The notes under the pieces: generated by a model
Database searches by the model: none
Seen by the model: only the letters and a program-made list of their open reading frames with translations
What the model was told of the DNA's origin: nothing
Assembly: GCA_044379065.1 (NCBI GenBank)
Contig: JBIPON010000001.1
Location: 1 to 41,626 of the forward strand
Length of the DNA stretch: 41,626 bases
Source: Polynucleobacter sp.
GTDB taxonomy: Bacteria > Pseudomonadota > Gammaproteobacteria > Burkholderiales > Burkholderiaceae
Reading direction: 5' to 3'
Shown here: positions 8,058 to 18,056 of the stretch, in pieces
Layout: every line of letters starts with the position of its first letter
Numbering within the stretch: the first letter of the stretch is position 1
Program-made: the position numbers and the translations under genes

Positions 8058-10286
8058 ATGGCATCAGGAAATTCAAAGATCATTTATACCTTCACAGACG
8101 AAGCCCCTGCGCTTGCAACCTGTGCATTTTTGCCAGTCATTAGCGCGTTTGCGAAATCGGCTGGAATTGATATTGTTAAAAGTGACATCTCTGTGGCGGC
8201 CCGAATTTTGGCTGAATTTCCAGAATACTTAACGGAGGCACAGCGTGTGCCCAACAATTTGGCTGAGCTAGGCAAGATGACCTTACAGCCCGATACCAAC
8301 ATCATTAAGTTGCCCAATATCAGCGCATCCGTACCGCAGCTCCAAGATGCCATTAAGGAGTTGCAGAGTAAAGGCTATGCCATTCCTGATTTTCCAGATG
8401 ACGCCAAGAATGATGAAGAGAAAGCCATACGGGCGCGGTACGCAAAATGCTTAGGCAGTGCTGTTAATCCAGTCTTGCGCGAAGGCAATTCAGATCGCCG
8501 TGCTCCAGCCGCAGTCAAGCGCTATGCGCGCAATAATCCCCACTCCATGGGCGTCTGGAGCCAGGCTTCACGTACACATGTATCGCATATGCATGGCGGC
8601 GATTTTTACTCCAGCGAAAAATCCATGACGATGGCGAAGGCCTGCGATGTCAAAATGGACCTCGTCACTAAGAGCGGAAAAACGATTGTTTTAAAGCCGA
8701 AGATTAGCCTGCAAGAAGGCGAAGTAATTGATAGCATGTACATGAGTAAAAAAGCCCTGTGTGCTTTTTACGAAGCAGAGATGGAAGATGCCTATAAGAC
8801 TGGGCTCATGTTTTCCTTGCACGTCAAGGCAACGATGATGAAGATTTCACATCCGATTGTCTTTGGCCACGCTGTCAAGATTTTTTACAAAGATGCTTTT
8901 GCAAAACACGAAAAACTCTTCGCAGAACTTGGTGTGAATGCTAACAATGGTTTGAGCAGTGTGTATGACAAGATCGCCTCTTTACCTGACTCCAAGCACC
9001 AAGAGATAGTCAGGGATTTACATGCCTGCCATGAGCATCGTCCTGCCTTGGCGATGGTGGATTCAGCCAAGGGCATTTCGAATCTGCATTCGCCAAGCGA
9101 TGTGATTGTGGATGCCTCCATGCCAGCCATGATTCGAATTGGCGGCAAGATGTGGGGGGCAGATGGACGGCCGCAAGATACCAAAGCAGTTATTCCAGAA
9201 AGCACCTTTGCACGAATCTACCAAGAAATCATTAATTTCTGTAAAACCCACGGCAACTTTGATCCTAAAACAATGGGCACAGTGCCCAACGTTGGCTTAA
9301 TGGCGCAACAAGCGGAAGAATACGGCTCACACGATAAGACCTTCGAAATCGCTGAAGCCGGCACAGCCCGCGTCGTGGCCGATGATGGCACCGTTTTGCT
9401 CGAGCAGCAGGTGGAAGAGGGTGATATCTGGCGTATGTGCCAAGTGAAAGATGCGCCGATTCGGGATTGGGTCAAGTTGGCGGTTAATCGTGCTCGCTTA
9501 TCGAATACCCCAGCTGTATTCTGGCTGGATGAGTACCGTCCTCATGAGGCGGAGTTAATTAAAAAAGTAAAGACCTACTTGAATGACTATGACCTCAACG
9601 GACTAGATATTCAGATCATGTCGCAAACCCGGGCAATGCGTTACACCTTAGAGCGTGTGATTCGCGGTAAGGATACGATTTCAGTCACTGGTAATATTTT
9701 GCGTGATTACCTCACGGATTTATTCCCTATTTTGGAATTAGGTACCAGCGCTAAGATGCTCTCGATTGTGCCTTTGATGGCCGGCGGCGGGCTGTTTGAA
9801 ACAGGTGCGGGCGGCTCGGCTCCGAAGCACGTTAAACAATTAGTGGAAGAGAATCATTTGCGCTGGGATTCCTTGGGTGAGTTCATGGCGCTGGCCGTAT
9901 CTCTAGAAGATATTGGCGATAAAACCGGCAACCAAAAAGCCAAAATTTTGGCGCGTACCCTAGATGAAGCAACCGGCGCTCTGCTCGAAAATCGCAAGTC
10001 ACCATCCACCAAAACGGGCGAGCTCGATAACCGCGGCAGTCAGTTTTATTTATCCATGTATTGGGCCCAGGCATTAGCCCAGCAAACAGAGGATAAGGCG
10101 CTGCAGGCTCACTTTGCGCCCATCGCAAAAGCACTGGAGACGAAAGAAAAAACCATCGTGGATGAGCTCAATGCCGTTCAAGGTAAGCCAGTCGATATTG
10201 GCGGATATTATTTTGCAGAGCCGGCGAAGTGTGATGCAGTGATGCGTCCCAGCAAAACCTTCAACGCCATTATTGAGTCTGCATAA
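8058..10286 (+). CDS. icd: Monomeric NADP-dependent isocitrate dehydrogenase
   Basis: 742 aa; [39 protein letters not shown] and [13 protein letters not shown]. Confidence 0.97.
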   Translation: MASGNSKIIYTFTDEAPALATCAFLPVISAFAKSAGIDIVKSDISVAARILAEFPEYLTEAQRVPNNLAELGKMTLQPDTNIIKLPNISASVPQLQDAIKELQSKGYAIPDFPDDAKNDEEKAIRARYAKCLGSAVNPVLREGNSDRRAPAAVKRYARNNPHSMGVWSQASRTHVSHMHGGDFYSSEKSMTMAKACDVKMDLVTKSGKTIVLKPKISLQEGEVIDSMYMSKKALCAFYEAEMEDAYKTGLMFSLHVKATMMKISHPIVFGHAVKIFYKDAFAKHEKLFAELGVNANNGLSSVYDKIASLPDSKHQEIVRDLHACHEHRPALAMVDSAKGISNLHSPSDVIVDASMPAMIRIGGKMWGADGRPQDTKAVIPESTFARIYQEIINFCKTHGNFDPKTMGTVPNVGLMAQQAEEYGSHDKTFEIAEAGTARVVADDGTVLLEQQVEEGDIWRMCQVKDAPIRDWVKLAVNRARLSNTPAVFWLDEYRPHEAELIKKVKTYLNDYDLNGLDIQIMSQTRAMRYTLERVIRGKDTISVTGNILRDYLTDLFPILELGTSAKMLSIVPLMAGGGLFETGAGGSAPKHVKQLVEENHLRWDSLGEFMALAVSLEDIGDKTGNQKAKILARTLDEATGALLENRKSPSTKTGELDNRGSQFYLSMYWAQALAQQTEDKALQAHFAPIAKALETKEKTIVDELNAVQGKPVDIGGYYFAEPAKCDAVMRPSKTFNAIIESA

Positions 10287-10315
10287 GCGCACAGGATTAA
10301 TTTATCTGATGAAAG

Positions 10316-10347
10316 CGAATGGCAAATGCCCAGTGGTTTGCCATTCG
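10316..10347 (+). terminator. Hairpin after icd (probable terminator or 3' stabiliser)
   Basis: 11-bp stem CGAATGGCAAA/TTTGCCATTCG; no clear U-tract. Confidence 0.45.
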
Positions 10348-10456
10348 TCAAAATGCAATTGGGGGTGCAGTTAATCCCAGAGTTTTTATGGGTATTGCGG
10401 TTTTTTGTGCAAAGCCGCAAATTTCCTAAGTTTATGTTTTAATTCTTATAACGAAG

Positions 10457-10572
10457 CACTGGGGAGTAGCTAGCTCAGCAATGAGTCCCGCTTACCGTCA
10501 TTACGTTTGGACTTTACTTTGTAAGGATCTAAGCCGGTATCGGGGTGGACATAGTCCATGGCAAGACCATTG
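10457..10572 (+). ncRNA. yybP-ykoY manganese riboswitch
   Basis: Hallmark motifs in order: GGGGAGTAGC (10461), CGTCATTACG (10496), GCCGG (10533), GGCAAGACC (10560); helices TACCG/CGGTA, CTCA-GCAA-TGAG and TGGAC-ATA-GTCCA; TATAAC -10-like element at 10447. Confidence 0.8.
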
Positions 10573-10598
10573 ATTTTTATGAATGGTTAATGTTTTTT
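10565..10598 (+). terminator. Putative riboswitch expression-platform terminator
   Basis: GACCATT/AATGGTT stem, reusing the aptamer 3' strand, followed by a T-run at 10593-10598. Confidence 0.45.
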
Positions 10599-10614
10599 AT
10601 TTCTCAGGTACAGG

Positions 10615-11952
10615 ATGCGCATTCGATATTTCCGGATTGGTAGATTGGCGGCTTGTATGCCCTTGGCAGCAGCTATCACGCTTGCTATGCCAACTGCATT
10701 AGCCCAATCAAAGTCGGATCTGCCGCCGCCAAGCCAACAGTCAATGCCAGCTGCTCCTGGCACCATCTATAGCTTAGAGCAATTAATTCAGCTGGCATTG
10801 GAATCCAACCCTCGGGTATTGGCAGCGCGCGATCAAGCAGCAGCCTCTAGTGGTCAATTACGTGCCGCTAAGGCAGTGCCAAACCCCCAGTTTGAATACA
10901 ACACCGGTCAGCAACGTTCGGCTACTGGGCCGTTGACCACCGGCAATGTCTCGTCTTGGTCGGTGACTCAGCCATTGGATATGCCTTACACCCGCTTCCC
11001 ACGTGTTGATGCGGCAGAGGCCAATGCTCGCGGTGCGCAAGCTACGCGTATTGCCTTTGAGGTGGAAGCCATTGCCAATGTGCAAATGCGGTATTACGAG
11101 TTGCTCCGCAGAGAAGCAGAGGCGCGTGCAGCAAATGAAGACTTGGATCTGACTAAGCAAATTCGGGATCGCATGCAACTGCGTTATGACGTAGGTGAGA
11201 CTGCGCGTTTTGAGTTGATACGGGCGCAGACGGAATTTTTGAATGCGCAAATGAATGCAGAATCCAGCAAGCTCCGCATCGAGCAAGCGCGCGGACTATT
11301 GCGTCAAACGGTGGGGCATCAGCTTATAGCTGATTTTGCATTGGCAGCGCAAAGCCCAAAAGCAAATGAGTTGCCGTCCCTCGAAACCCTGCTGAACGAG
11401 GTACGTAATCAAAGCCCTGAACTGCAAAAAGCGCAAGCGCAAGTGGAATCAACCCAATCTCGGCTCAGCTTTGAAAAAAACTCACGCTTACCTAACGTAG
11501 CCGTCAAGGCGCAGCAATTAAATGATCCTAATTTCACTGATCGAATGTATGGGTTAGTAGTGACTATTCCGATTTGGGACTTTAGGGGCGGACAAATCGC
11601 TGAGGCCGAAGCCAATGCATCTAGAGCCAAGAATGAATTCAATGCCCAAACGCAAAGCTTGGAGCAGCAAATGCAATCAGCTTATAAGCTTTATCTGATT
11701 GCCAGCTATCAAGTGCAAATTTTGGATAAAGAGGTGGTGCAATTAGCTGCAAGTGCTCGGCGCATTGCAGAAATTTCATACCGTTTTGGCGAGCGCGGCA
11801 TGCTCGAGTACCTCGATGCGCAGCGCACCTTTCGTGCAGCGCGCAATGACTTAATTAAAGCCCGTTTTGATCTGGCATCGATCATTACGGAGATACAGCG
11901 TTTACGTGCCAGCCCAGAGTGGGTTGCCAAACTCGAAGGTGATAAAAAATGA
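10615..11952 (+). CDS. TolC-family outer membrane factor (CzcC-like)
   Basis: Signal peptide, two OEP-like repeats (LALESNP.., SYRFGERGMLEYLDAQR); first gene of an RND operon. Confidence 0.88.
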   Translation: MRIRYFRIGRLAACMPLAAAITLAMPTALAQSKSDLPPPSQQSMPAAPGTIYSLEQLIQLALESNPRVLAARDQAAASSGQLRAAKAVPNPQFEYNTGQQRSATGPLTTGNVSSWSVTQPLDMPYTRFPRVDAAEANARGAQATRIAFEVEAIANVQMRYYELLRREAEARAANEDLDLTKQIRDRMQLRYDVGETARFELIRAQTEFLNAQMNAESSKLRIEQARGLLRQTVGHQLIADFALAAQSPKANELPSLETLLNEVRNQSPELQKAQAQVESTQSRLSFEKNSRLPNVAVKAQQLNDPNFTDRMYGLVVTIPIWDFRGGQIAEAEANASRAKNEFNAQTQSLEQQMQSAYKLYLIASYQVQILDKEVVQLAASARRIAEISYRFGERGMLEYLDAQRTFRAARNDLIKARFDLASIITEIQRLRASPEWVAKLEGDKK

Positions 11953-13295
11953 ATCCCCAGTTGCTGATTCTTCTCAAGCAAATTAGAGATCAGTTGATCG
12001 TCTTAAAAAATCGCCTCTTGCAATATGCTGAAGAAGCATACGACAGCACAATGGCGACTCAAAAACAGCTGTATAGCCAAGCATTTGATTGGATGGCAGC
12101 GCGCATACCAGCCTTCACCGATACCTATTTACAAGCACCCCGTTGGTTTAAAAAAGGCCTGTTTGTTTTGCCGTGGTTAATTATTATCTTCTCGACACTG
12201 AATTATTTTGATGTATTTGATCCTAAGCCAGCTGTAAAGTCAGTACAAGATCCGAATATCGTTTATGTGAACGATGATTTGCGCGGCATGATTAAAGACG
12301 GTAAAGCAGAGCTTGGGCAATTTACTGAAGAGGTGCGGGTCTCTGGACGCATTGACTTTAATGAATCCTTTTTGGCGCGCATTGGTGCCAATGTCACCGG
12401 ACGGGTCTCGGAAATTTTAGGTTTTCCAGGTCAAATGGTGAAGCAAGGTGATTTGCTGGCCAAAATTACATCGACTGAATTAACCCAATCCCAACTAGCG
12501 TATTTGCAGGCCAGAAGCGGTAGCCAGCTTGCTGAGCAGGCGGCCAATCGCGCACGTATTTTGTATAAAGAAGATGTTATTGCGCTTGCCGAGTTGCAGC
12601 GCCGTGAAGCAGAGGCGACTAGTGCCAAGGCCCAGTTCGGCGCAGCCAATGACCAATTGCGAGTCCAAGGCATGGATCAAGCGAGTATTGATCGCTTAGC
12701 TAAAACCAGCGTAATTAAATCCGTGAACAATGTGCTAGCCACCATCGATGGCGAAATTGTTGAGCGCAAGATCACCAAAGGCCAGGTGGTGCAGCCTGCT
12801 GAAGCCTTATTTACGGTTGCAGACCTTGATGCCTTGTGGGCGATTGCTGAGGTGCCTGAGAGTGCCGCCTATTTAATTCGCAAAGGTCAAAAATCATCCA
12901 TCATCCTCCCTGCTTTACGTAACCAAACGATTGAAGGTGTTATCTCGCACGTGGATTCGATCGTGAATCCAACAACCCGTACCGTTTTAGTGCGCATGGA
13001 TGTTCCAAATCAAAGCGGTCAAGTCAAGCCTGGCATGTTGGCGACCATGTTGATTGATAGTCAGCCCCGTGAACGATTACTCGTGCCACTCGAGTCAATT
13101 GTGCGCGAGGACAACCATGACTACGTCTATGTGCGGGAAGATGATGAGCGCTACCGCATGGTTCAAGTGAAGCTTGGTCCAGAGGGTAAGGGCTTCAGGC
13201 CCGTGCAGTCTGGGCTTAAAGAGGGTGCTGAGATCGTGATTCAAGGGGCTTATCACCTCAATACCGAGCGCAAGAAGCAGCTTTCTGGTGGTTAA
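11949..13295 (+). CDS. RND periplasmic adaptor (CzcB-like) with long N-terminal extension
   Basis: GRVSEILGFPGQMVKQGDLLA, DGEIVER..GQVV, VNPTTRTV and VKPGMLA; ATGA overlap with the OMF. Confidence 0.9.
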   Translation: MNPQLLILLKQIRDQLIVLKNRLLQYAEEAYDSTMATQKQLYSQAFDWMAARIPAFTDTYLQAPRWFKKGLFVLPWLIIIFSTLNYFDVFDPKPAVKSVQDPNIVYVNDDLRGMIKDGKAELGQFTEEVRVSGRIDFNESFLARIGANVTGRVSEILGFPGQMVKQGDLLAKITSTELTQSQLAYLQARSGSQLAEQAANRARILYKEDVIALAELQRREAEATSAKAQFGAANDQLRVQGMDQASIDRLAKTSVIKSVNNVLATIDGEIVERKITKGQVVQPAEALFTVADLDALWAIAEVPESAAYLIRKGQKSSIILPALRNQTIEGVISHVDSIVNPTTRTVLVRMDVPNQSGQVKPGMLATMLIDSQPRERLLVPLESIVREDNHDYVYVREDDERYRMVQVKLGPEGKGFRPVQSGLKEGAEIVIQGAYHLNTERKKQLSGG

Positions 13296-13342
13296 TGCGC
13301 ACAATTCTATGCCACTCTTTTTAGGTCAATAAAACCCACGCC

Positions 13343-16300
13343 ATGATTGAAAAAATAGTCCGCCTTGCGCTACAGCAGCGTCTATTGATCCTGATTATTT
13401 CAGTGGTACTGCTCATCGCTGGTTTGATTGCAACCAAGCGCCTATCGGTCGACGCCTTCCCGGACGTGACCAACGTGCAGGTGCAGATTGCGAGTGAGGC
13501 TCCGGGCCGATCGCCGGAAGAGGTCGAGCGATTTGTTACGATTCCGATTGAGCTCAGCATGACCGGTTTACCGGGTTTAGTGGAGATGCGATCCCTTAAT
13601 CGCAACGGCATCTCCATTGTGACCCTCGTCTTTACCGAAAAAACCGATGTCTATTTTGCAAGGCAATTGGTCCTAGAGCGTTTGATCGAGGCAGCCTCGC
13701 GCATGCCGATTGGTGTTGTGCCCGTTTTAGCGCCGCTCTCAACTGGTTTAGGTGAGGTCTATCAATACACCATCAATCATCCAACGGATGGCAATAAAGA
13801 GATTGGCGCCGACGAATTGGCTGAGCGCAGAACGATTCAAGACTGGATCGTGCGGCCAATGCTGCGTTCCGTTCCTGGGGTAGCTGAAATTAATACCCAG
13901 GGAGGGTATGCCAAAGAATACCAAGTGTTAGTCAATCCAGAGCGCCTGCGCCACTACCAAATCAGCCTACAGGATGTATATGAAGCCTTGGCGCGCAACA
14001 ATGCTAATTCTGGTGGCGGACAGTTGCCTACCTATTCAGAGCGCTACCTCATCCGGGGAGTCGGTTTAATTGCTAAGCCCGAAGACATTGGCAAGATCAT
14101 CCTGAAGGAGGTTAGGGGCACTCCAGTTTATGTTCGCAATGTCGCGGATGTAACCATTGGTAGTGAGATCAGGCAAGGCGCCGCGATCCTCAATGGCACC
14201 ACCGAAAGTGTTGCCGGGATCATTCAAATGATACGTGGGGGCAATGCGCGTGAGGTGGTGAGCCGGATCAAGTTAAAGGTTCGCGAAATCAATGAAGCAA
14301 AGCTATTGCCTGATGGTTTGCAGATCATTCCTTTTTATGATCGTACCGACCTGATTGATGCTGCCATGTTTAACGTAGCCAAGGTATTGATTGAGGGCAT
14401 CATTTTGGTGATTGTCCTACTCTTTTTGTTCTTAGGGGATGTGCGCTCGTCCATCATCGTGGTAGCGACTTTAATTCTCACTCCGCTCCTGACCTTCCTG
14501 GTCATGAATCGCTATGGCATATCAGCGAACTTGATGTCGCTTGGGGGTCTTGCTATTGCGGTGGGCATTATGGTGGATGGCTCGGTGGTGGTGGTTGAAA
14601 ATACCTTTGCTAAATTAGGCGCGCGCCTCAAATCGGGCGAATCTAAAAACCGTATCATCTTAGAAGCGGCAACCGAAGTGGGTAAGCCCGTGCTATTCGG
14701 TGTTGGCATCATCATTTTGGTTTTCATGCCACTGCTTTCTTTGGAGGGCATGGAAGGCAAGATGTTTGCGCCCATGGCCATCACGATTGCGATTGCCTTA
14801 ACCATATCGCTGATTCTTTCGTTTACCTTATCACCCGTGTTGTGTTCCTATATCTTGAAGGGCGGCGGCGAGGAAGATACACGGATTGTGAGAGCCCTCA
14901 GAACGCCCTATACGAAGTGGCTCCATTGGTGTTTGGATCATCCCAAGTTAGTGGTGAAGCGCGCCATTATTTTGCTGCTAACGAGTTTTGTTGCATTTAT
15001 GATGCTTGGCAAATCGTTTATTCCGGTAATGCAAGAGGGCTCAATTACTCCTTTAATCGCGAAGTCGCCCAATATTTCATTGGATGAGTCCATTAAGCTG
15101 GAATTTGAGGCGATGAAGCGGATCATGACCGTGCCAGGTGTTGAGCGCGTTGTGTCGCGCTTGGGCCGGGGCGAGTCGCCCGCCGATCCTGGCCAACCCT
15201 TTGAGTCTGATCCGATTGTCACACTCAAGCCATTAAGTGATCGAGACTTAACTCAGGAAGAGATTGCGAATCAAATTCGGGAAAAGTTGAAAACCTTGCC
15301 TGGTGTTGAGTTGTCGATTTCCCAGCCCATTGCTGCGCGGGTCGATGAGATGGTTTCGGGCGTGCGCTCCCAGGTTGCCATCAAGATTTTTGGTGAAGAC
15401 CTTGCTGAGCTTAAAAAGCTTGGCGATCAAATCAGTCAAGTGCTCAGCAATATGAAGGGCAGTACCGACTTACGTATCGAAAAGGCGTCAGGCCAGAACT
15501 ACCTCAATATTAAGATCGATCGGGATGCAATTGCGCGCTACGGTATTAATGTTTCGGATGTCAATGAAGTTATCGAAACCGCGATTGGTGGCAAACAGGC
15601 CTCCATTGTGTATGAGGGTGAGCGCCGCTTCCCCTTGATGCTGCGCTACCCCGCACCGTATCGTGACAATGTGGAAGCGATTTCAGGGATTATTTTGCAT
15701 TCACCCAATGGTGCACAAGTGCTGCTGCGTGATTTAGCGGAGATCAGCCTGATAGATGGACCTGCGCAAATTTCACGGGAGAGTGGCAAACGTCGCTTGG
15801 TCATTGGTGTGAACGTGGAGGGCCGAGATTTGGGCGGCTTTGTGCAAGAGGCACAAGAGCAAATCGCGAAGAAAGTGATCCTACCCGAGGGGTATACCTT
15901 GCAATGGGGCGGTCAGTTTGAAAATATGGAACGGGCGATGGCGCGTTTAATGATCATTATTCCAATCACCATTGCGGCGATTTTCTTCCTCCTTTTCATG
16001 TTGTTTAATTCGATCCGCCTGGCTGGTTTGATTATTTTGGTTCTGCCGTTTGCATCGATTGGTGGCATTTTTGGCTTGCTCATAAGTGGCGAGTATTTAT
16101 CGGTACCAGCAGCGGTTGGTTTTATCAATTTATGGGGTATTGCCGTTTTAAATGGCGTGGTGCTGATCTCCTTTATTAAGCAACTGCGGGAAGAGGGGCG
16201 CTCGATGCAGGATGCCTTGATCGAGGGATGTGAGCATCGCTTCCGGCCGGTGATGATGACGGCATCGGTGGCAATGCTAGCTTTGGTGCCGATGTTATTC

Positions 16301-16438
16301 TCGGGCGGTCCAGGCTCGGAAGTAACGCGACCCTTGGCAGTGGTAGTAATTTCAGGTTTAATTACCTCTACCGCACTTACATTGTTGGTATTGCCGGTTT
16401 TGTACCGCACATTTGAAGAAAAAGAGATTGAAGCATGA
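13343..16438 (+). CDS. CusA/CzcA-family heavy-metal RND permease
   Basis: 1031 aa; DAFPDVTNVQVQI, NLMSLGGLAIAVGIMVDGSVVVVEN, EGKMFAPMA and RFRPVMMTA. Confidence 0.95.
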   Translation: MIEKIVRLALQQRLLILIISVVLLIAGLIATKRLSVDAFPDVTNVQVQIASEAPGRSPEEVERFVTIPIELSMTGLPGLVEMRSLNRNGISIVTLVFTEKTDVYFARQLVLERLIEAASRMPIGVVPVLAPLSTGLGEVYQYTINHPTDGNKEIGADELAERRTIQDWIVRPMLRSVPGVAEINTQGGYAKEYQVLVNPERLRHYQISLQDVYEALARNNANSGGGQLPTYSERYLIRGVGLIAKPEDIGKIILKEVRGTPVYVRNVADVTIGSEIRQGAAILNGTTESVAGIIQMIRGGNAREVVSRIKLKVREINEAKLLPDGLQIIPFYDRTDLIDAAMFNVAKVLIEGIILVIVLLFLFLGDVRSSIIVVATLILTPLLTFLVMNRYGISANLMSLGGLAIAVGIMVDGSVVVVENTFAKLGARLKSGESKNRIILEAATEVGKPVLFGVGIIILVFMPLLSLEGMEGKMFAPMAITIAIALTISLILSFTLSPVLCSYILKGGGEEDTRIVRALRTPYTKWLHWCLDHPKLVVKRAIILLLTSFVAFMMLGKSFIPVMQEGSITPLIAKSPNISLDESIKLEFEAMKRIMTVPGVERVVSRLGRGESPADPGQPFESDPIVTLKPLSDRDLTQEEIANQIREKLKTLPGVELSISQPIAARVDEMVSGVRSQVAIKIFGEDLAELKKLGDQISQVLSNMKGSTDLRIEKASGQNYLNIKIDRDAIARYGINVSDVNEVIETAIGGKQASIVYEGERRFPLMLRYPAPYRDNVEAISGIILHSPNGAQVLLRDLAEISLIDGPAQISRESGKRRLVIGVNVEGRDLGGFVQEAQEQIAKKVILPEGYTLQWGGQFENMERAMARLMIIIPITIAAIFFLLFMLFNSIRLAGLIILVLPFASIGGIFGLLISGEYLSVPAAVGFINLWGIAVLNGVVLISFIKQLREEGRSMQDALIEGCEHRFRPVMMTASVAMLALVPMLFSGGPGSEVTRPLAVVVISGLITSTALTLLVLPVLYRTFEEKEIEA

Positions 16439-16764
16439 TCGAAATTAAAGCCGTCTTTCGTCCTGGACGATTACCTGCCTTGCGCAGTGCTTTGATGGAA
16501 ACTCCCGGCTTTCCAGGAATGACCGTGACGCGTGTAGAAGGTTGCAGCGCCCCAGGCAGTACAGGTAAATCATCGATCAAAGAAGAGTTAACCGACTATT
16601 CGGCAAAAGTACGAATTGAAATTGTCTGTAGCGATGACGTGGCTGATCGCCTGATGGATCGCATTGTCGAGATTTGCCAAACCGGGCAAATTGGCGATGG
16701 GGTGGTTTGGAAAACTGATGTGGATAAAGTTTTCTTTATCGCCAAGAACTACGGCACAACGTAA
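16435..16764 (+). CDS. PII-like signal protein, translationally coupled to the RND permease
   Basis: IKAVFRP, GMTVTRVEG, KVRIEIV and TGQIGDG PII motifs; ATGA overlap. Confidence 0.88.
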   Translation: MIEIKAVFRPGRLPALRSALMETPGFPGMTVTRVEGCSAPGSTGKSSIKEELTDYSAKVRIEIVCSDDVADRLMDRIVEICQTGQIGDGVVWKTDVDKVFFIAKNYGTT

Positions 16765-16795
16765 ACACTTCTTTCTGTGCATTCTGTGTCGAAAT

Positions 16796-16826
16796 AAAAA
16801 AGCCTCGCAAACTGCGAGGCTTTTTT
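16796..16826. terminator. Bidirectional rho-independent terminator
   Basis: AAAAAAGCCTCGCA-AAC-TGCGAGGCTTTTTT. Confidence 0.9.
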
Positions 16827-16856
16827 CTGCCCAGTATGGACACGCGATTAAGCGCG

Positions 16857-17282
16857 TTATTTGATTAAGACAACCGGCTGCTTGGCACCAGAAACAATCT
16901 TTTGAGCAATCGAGCCCATGATCATATCGACAAAGCCGCTGCGACCTTTCGAGCCCATCACAATCATGTCCATCTTCTCTTTGTTCGCTAGAGCAAGAAT
17001 TTCTTCTGAAATATTGCCGCGCTTAATCACGATCGTGTATTTGATCCCAGCTGCATCTAATGCTTTTTGTGCTGGCTTGAGCTCTTTTTCACTGACTTCA
17101 CGCAGGTAATCATCGACTACGCTCTTGGCTACAAATTGCTTGACGTGGTTAAGGCCAACATCGTCATGCACATTGATCAGAGTAACAGTGCACTTGCTTT
17201 TCAGATCGGCTGATAACTTAGCGACGTACTTGCAGGCATTAATAGCGGATTTTGAGCCGTCTACGGGTAATAGGATTTTCAT
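16857..17282 (-). CDS. Universal stress protein (UspA family)
   Basis: KILLPVDGS, DMIVMGSKGRSG and MGSIAQKIV..QPVVLIK. Confidence 0.93.
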   Translation of the reverse strand: MKILLPVDGSKSAINACKYVAKLSADLKSKCTVTLINVHDDVGLNHVKQFVAKSVVDDYLREVSEKELKPAQKALDAAGIKYTIVIKRGNISEEILALANKEKMDMIVMGSKGRSGFVDMIMGSIAQKIVSGAKQPVVLIK

Positions 17283-17388
17283 GATTCCTCCTTGTGGATG
17301 ATTGCGTGCTCTTGTTATAGTAAAAATTGCTACCAGTTCAGTTTAGCACTCACACTGCCGATATTCTTGATTAAAAAGCCTTCGTGAT

Positions 17389-17402
17389 TTGATGTAAATC
17401 AA
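17389..17402. promoter_or_regulatory. FNR/CRP-family box upstream of usp
   Basis: Perfect TTGAT-GTAA-ATCAA about 107 nt upstream of the usp start. Confidence 0.7.
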
Positions 17403-17449
17403 AACTGGCGCGACTAATTATGAATTTTTTTTTGGCGCAGGATGGTTGT

Positions 17450-17980
17450 TTACTTAATTAGGGCCAAGGCATTTTTAAAGCCACGGTGCTTGCAGGTCTT
17501 GAGCCACTCAAATGCCAGCATTTCAACAGTCTTGAGTGTTGCGCCGGATTCTTTTAGGCGCATAGTGGCTATGGTTTTATCGAGGGACTGGCGTGAGCCG
17601 ATGGCATCCACGGCAATCGAAACTACAAAACCATGTTCAAGTAGCCCAAGCGCCGTTTGCATGAGGCAAACGTGCGCCTCACAGCCAACCAATACCAATT
17701 GCTTACGATCTGTGGGGATATGGCTGATGAGATCATCGCTGCAGCCATCAAAATGAAACTTCGTCACTGTCTTCTGACAGAGGGCCTTTAATTCAGGGTG
17801 GTTTTCCCCAAGGCCCGCTGGGTTTTCTTCAGTCCCAATGATGGGTATATCGAGTTGCTTTGCAATTTTGGCCAGCCGGATGCATTGGCTGAGCACGTGA
17901 GCATGGTCCTCAATCGCTGGCATGAGCTTGGACTGCATGTCGATGATGAGTAATACGCTTTGATCGGGAGAGGCAAGCAT
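17450..17980 (-). CDS. Isochorismatase-family hydrolase
   Basis: LLIIDMQSKL, TKFHFD and GCEAHVCLMQTA. Confidence 0.9.
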   Translation of the reverse strand: MLASPDQSVLLIIDMQSKLMPAIEDHAHVLSQCIRLAKIAKQLDIPIIGTEENPAGLGENHPELKALCQKTVTKFHFDGCSDDLISHIPTDRKQLVLVGCEAHVCLMQTALGLLEHGFVVSIAVDAIGSRQSLDKTIATMRLKESGATLKTVEMLAFEWLKTCKHRGFKNALALIK

Positions 17981-18056
17981 AGCGGTTGTGCCTAATTGTG
18001 GTAATTTATTGTGTACGTTTTCATTCTATCCCCACTTCTATAAGGAGTACACCCGC

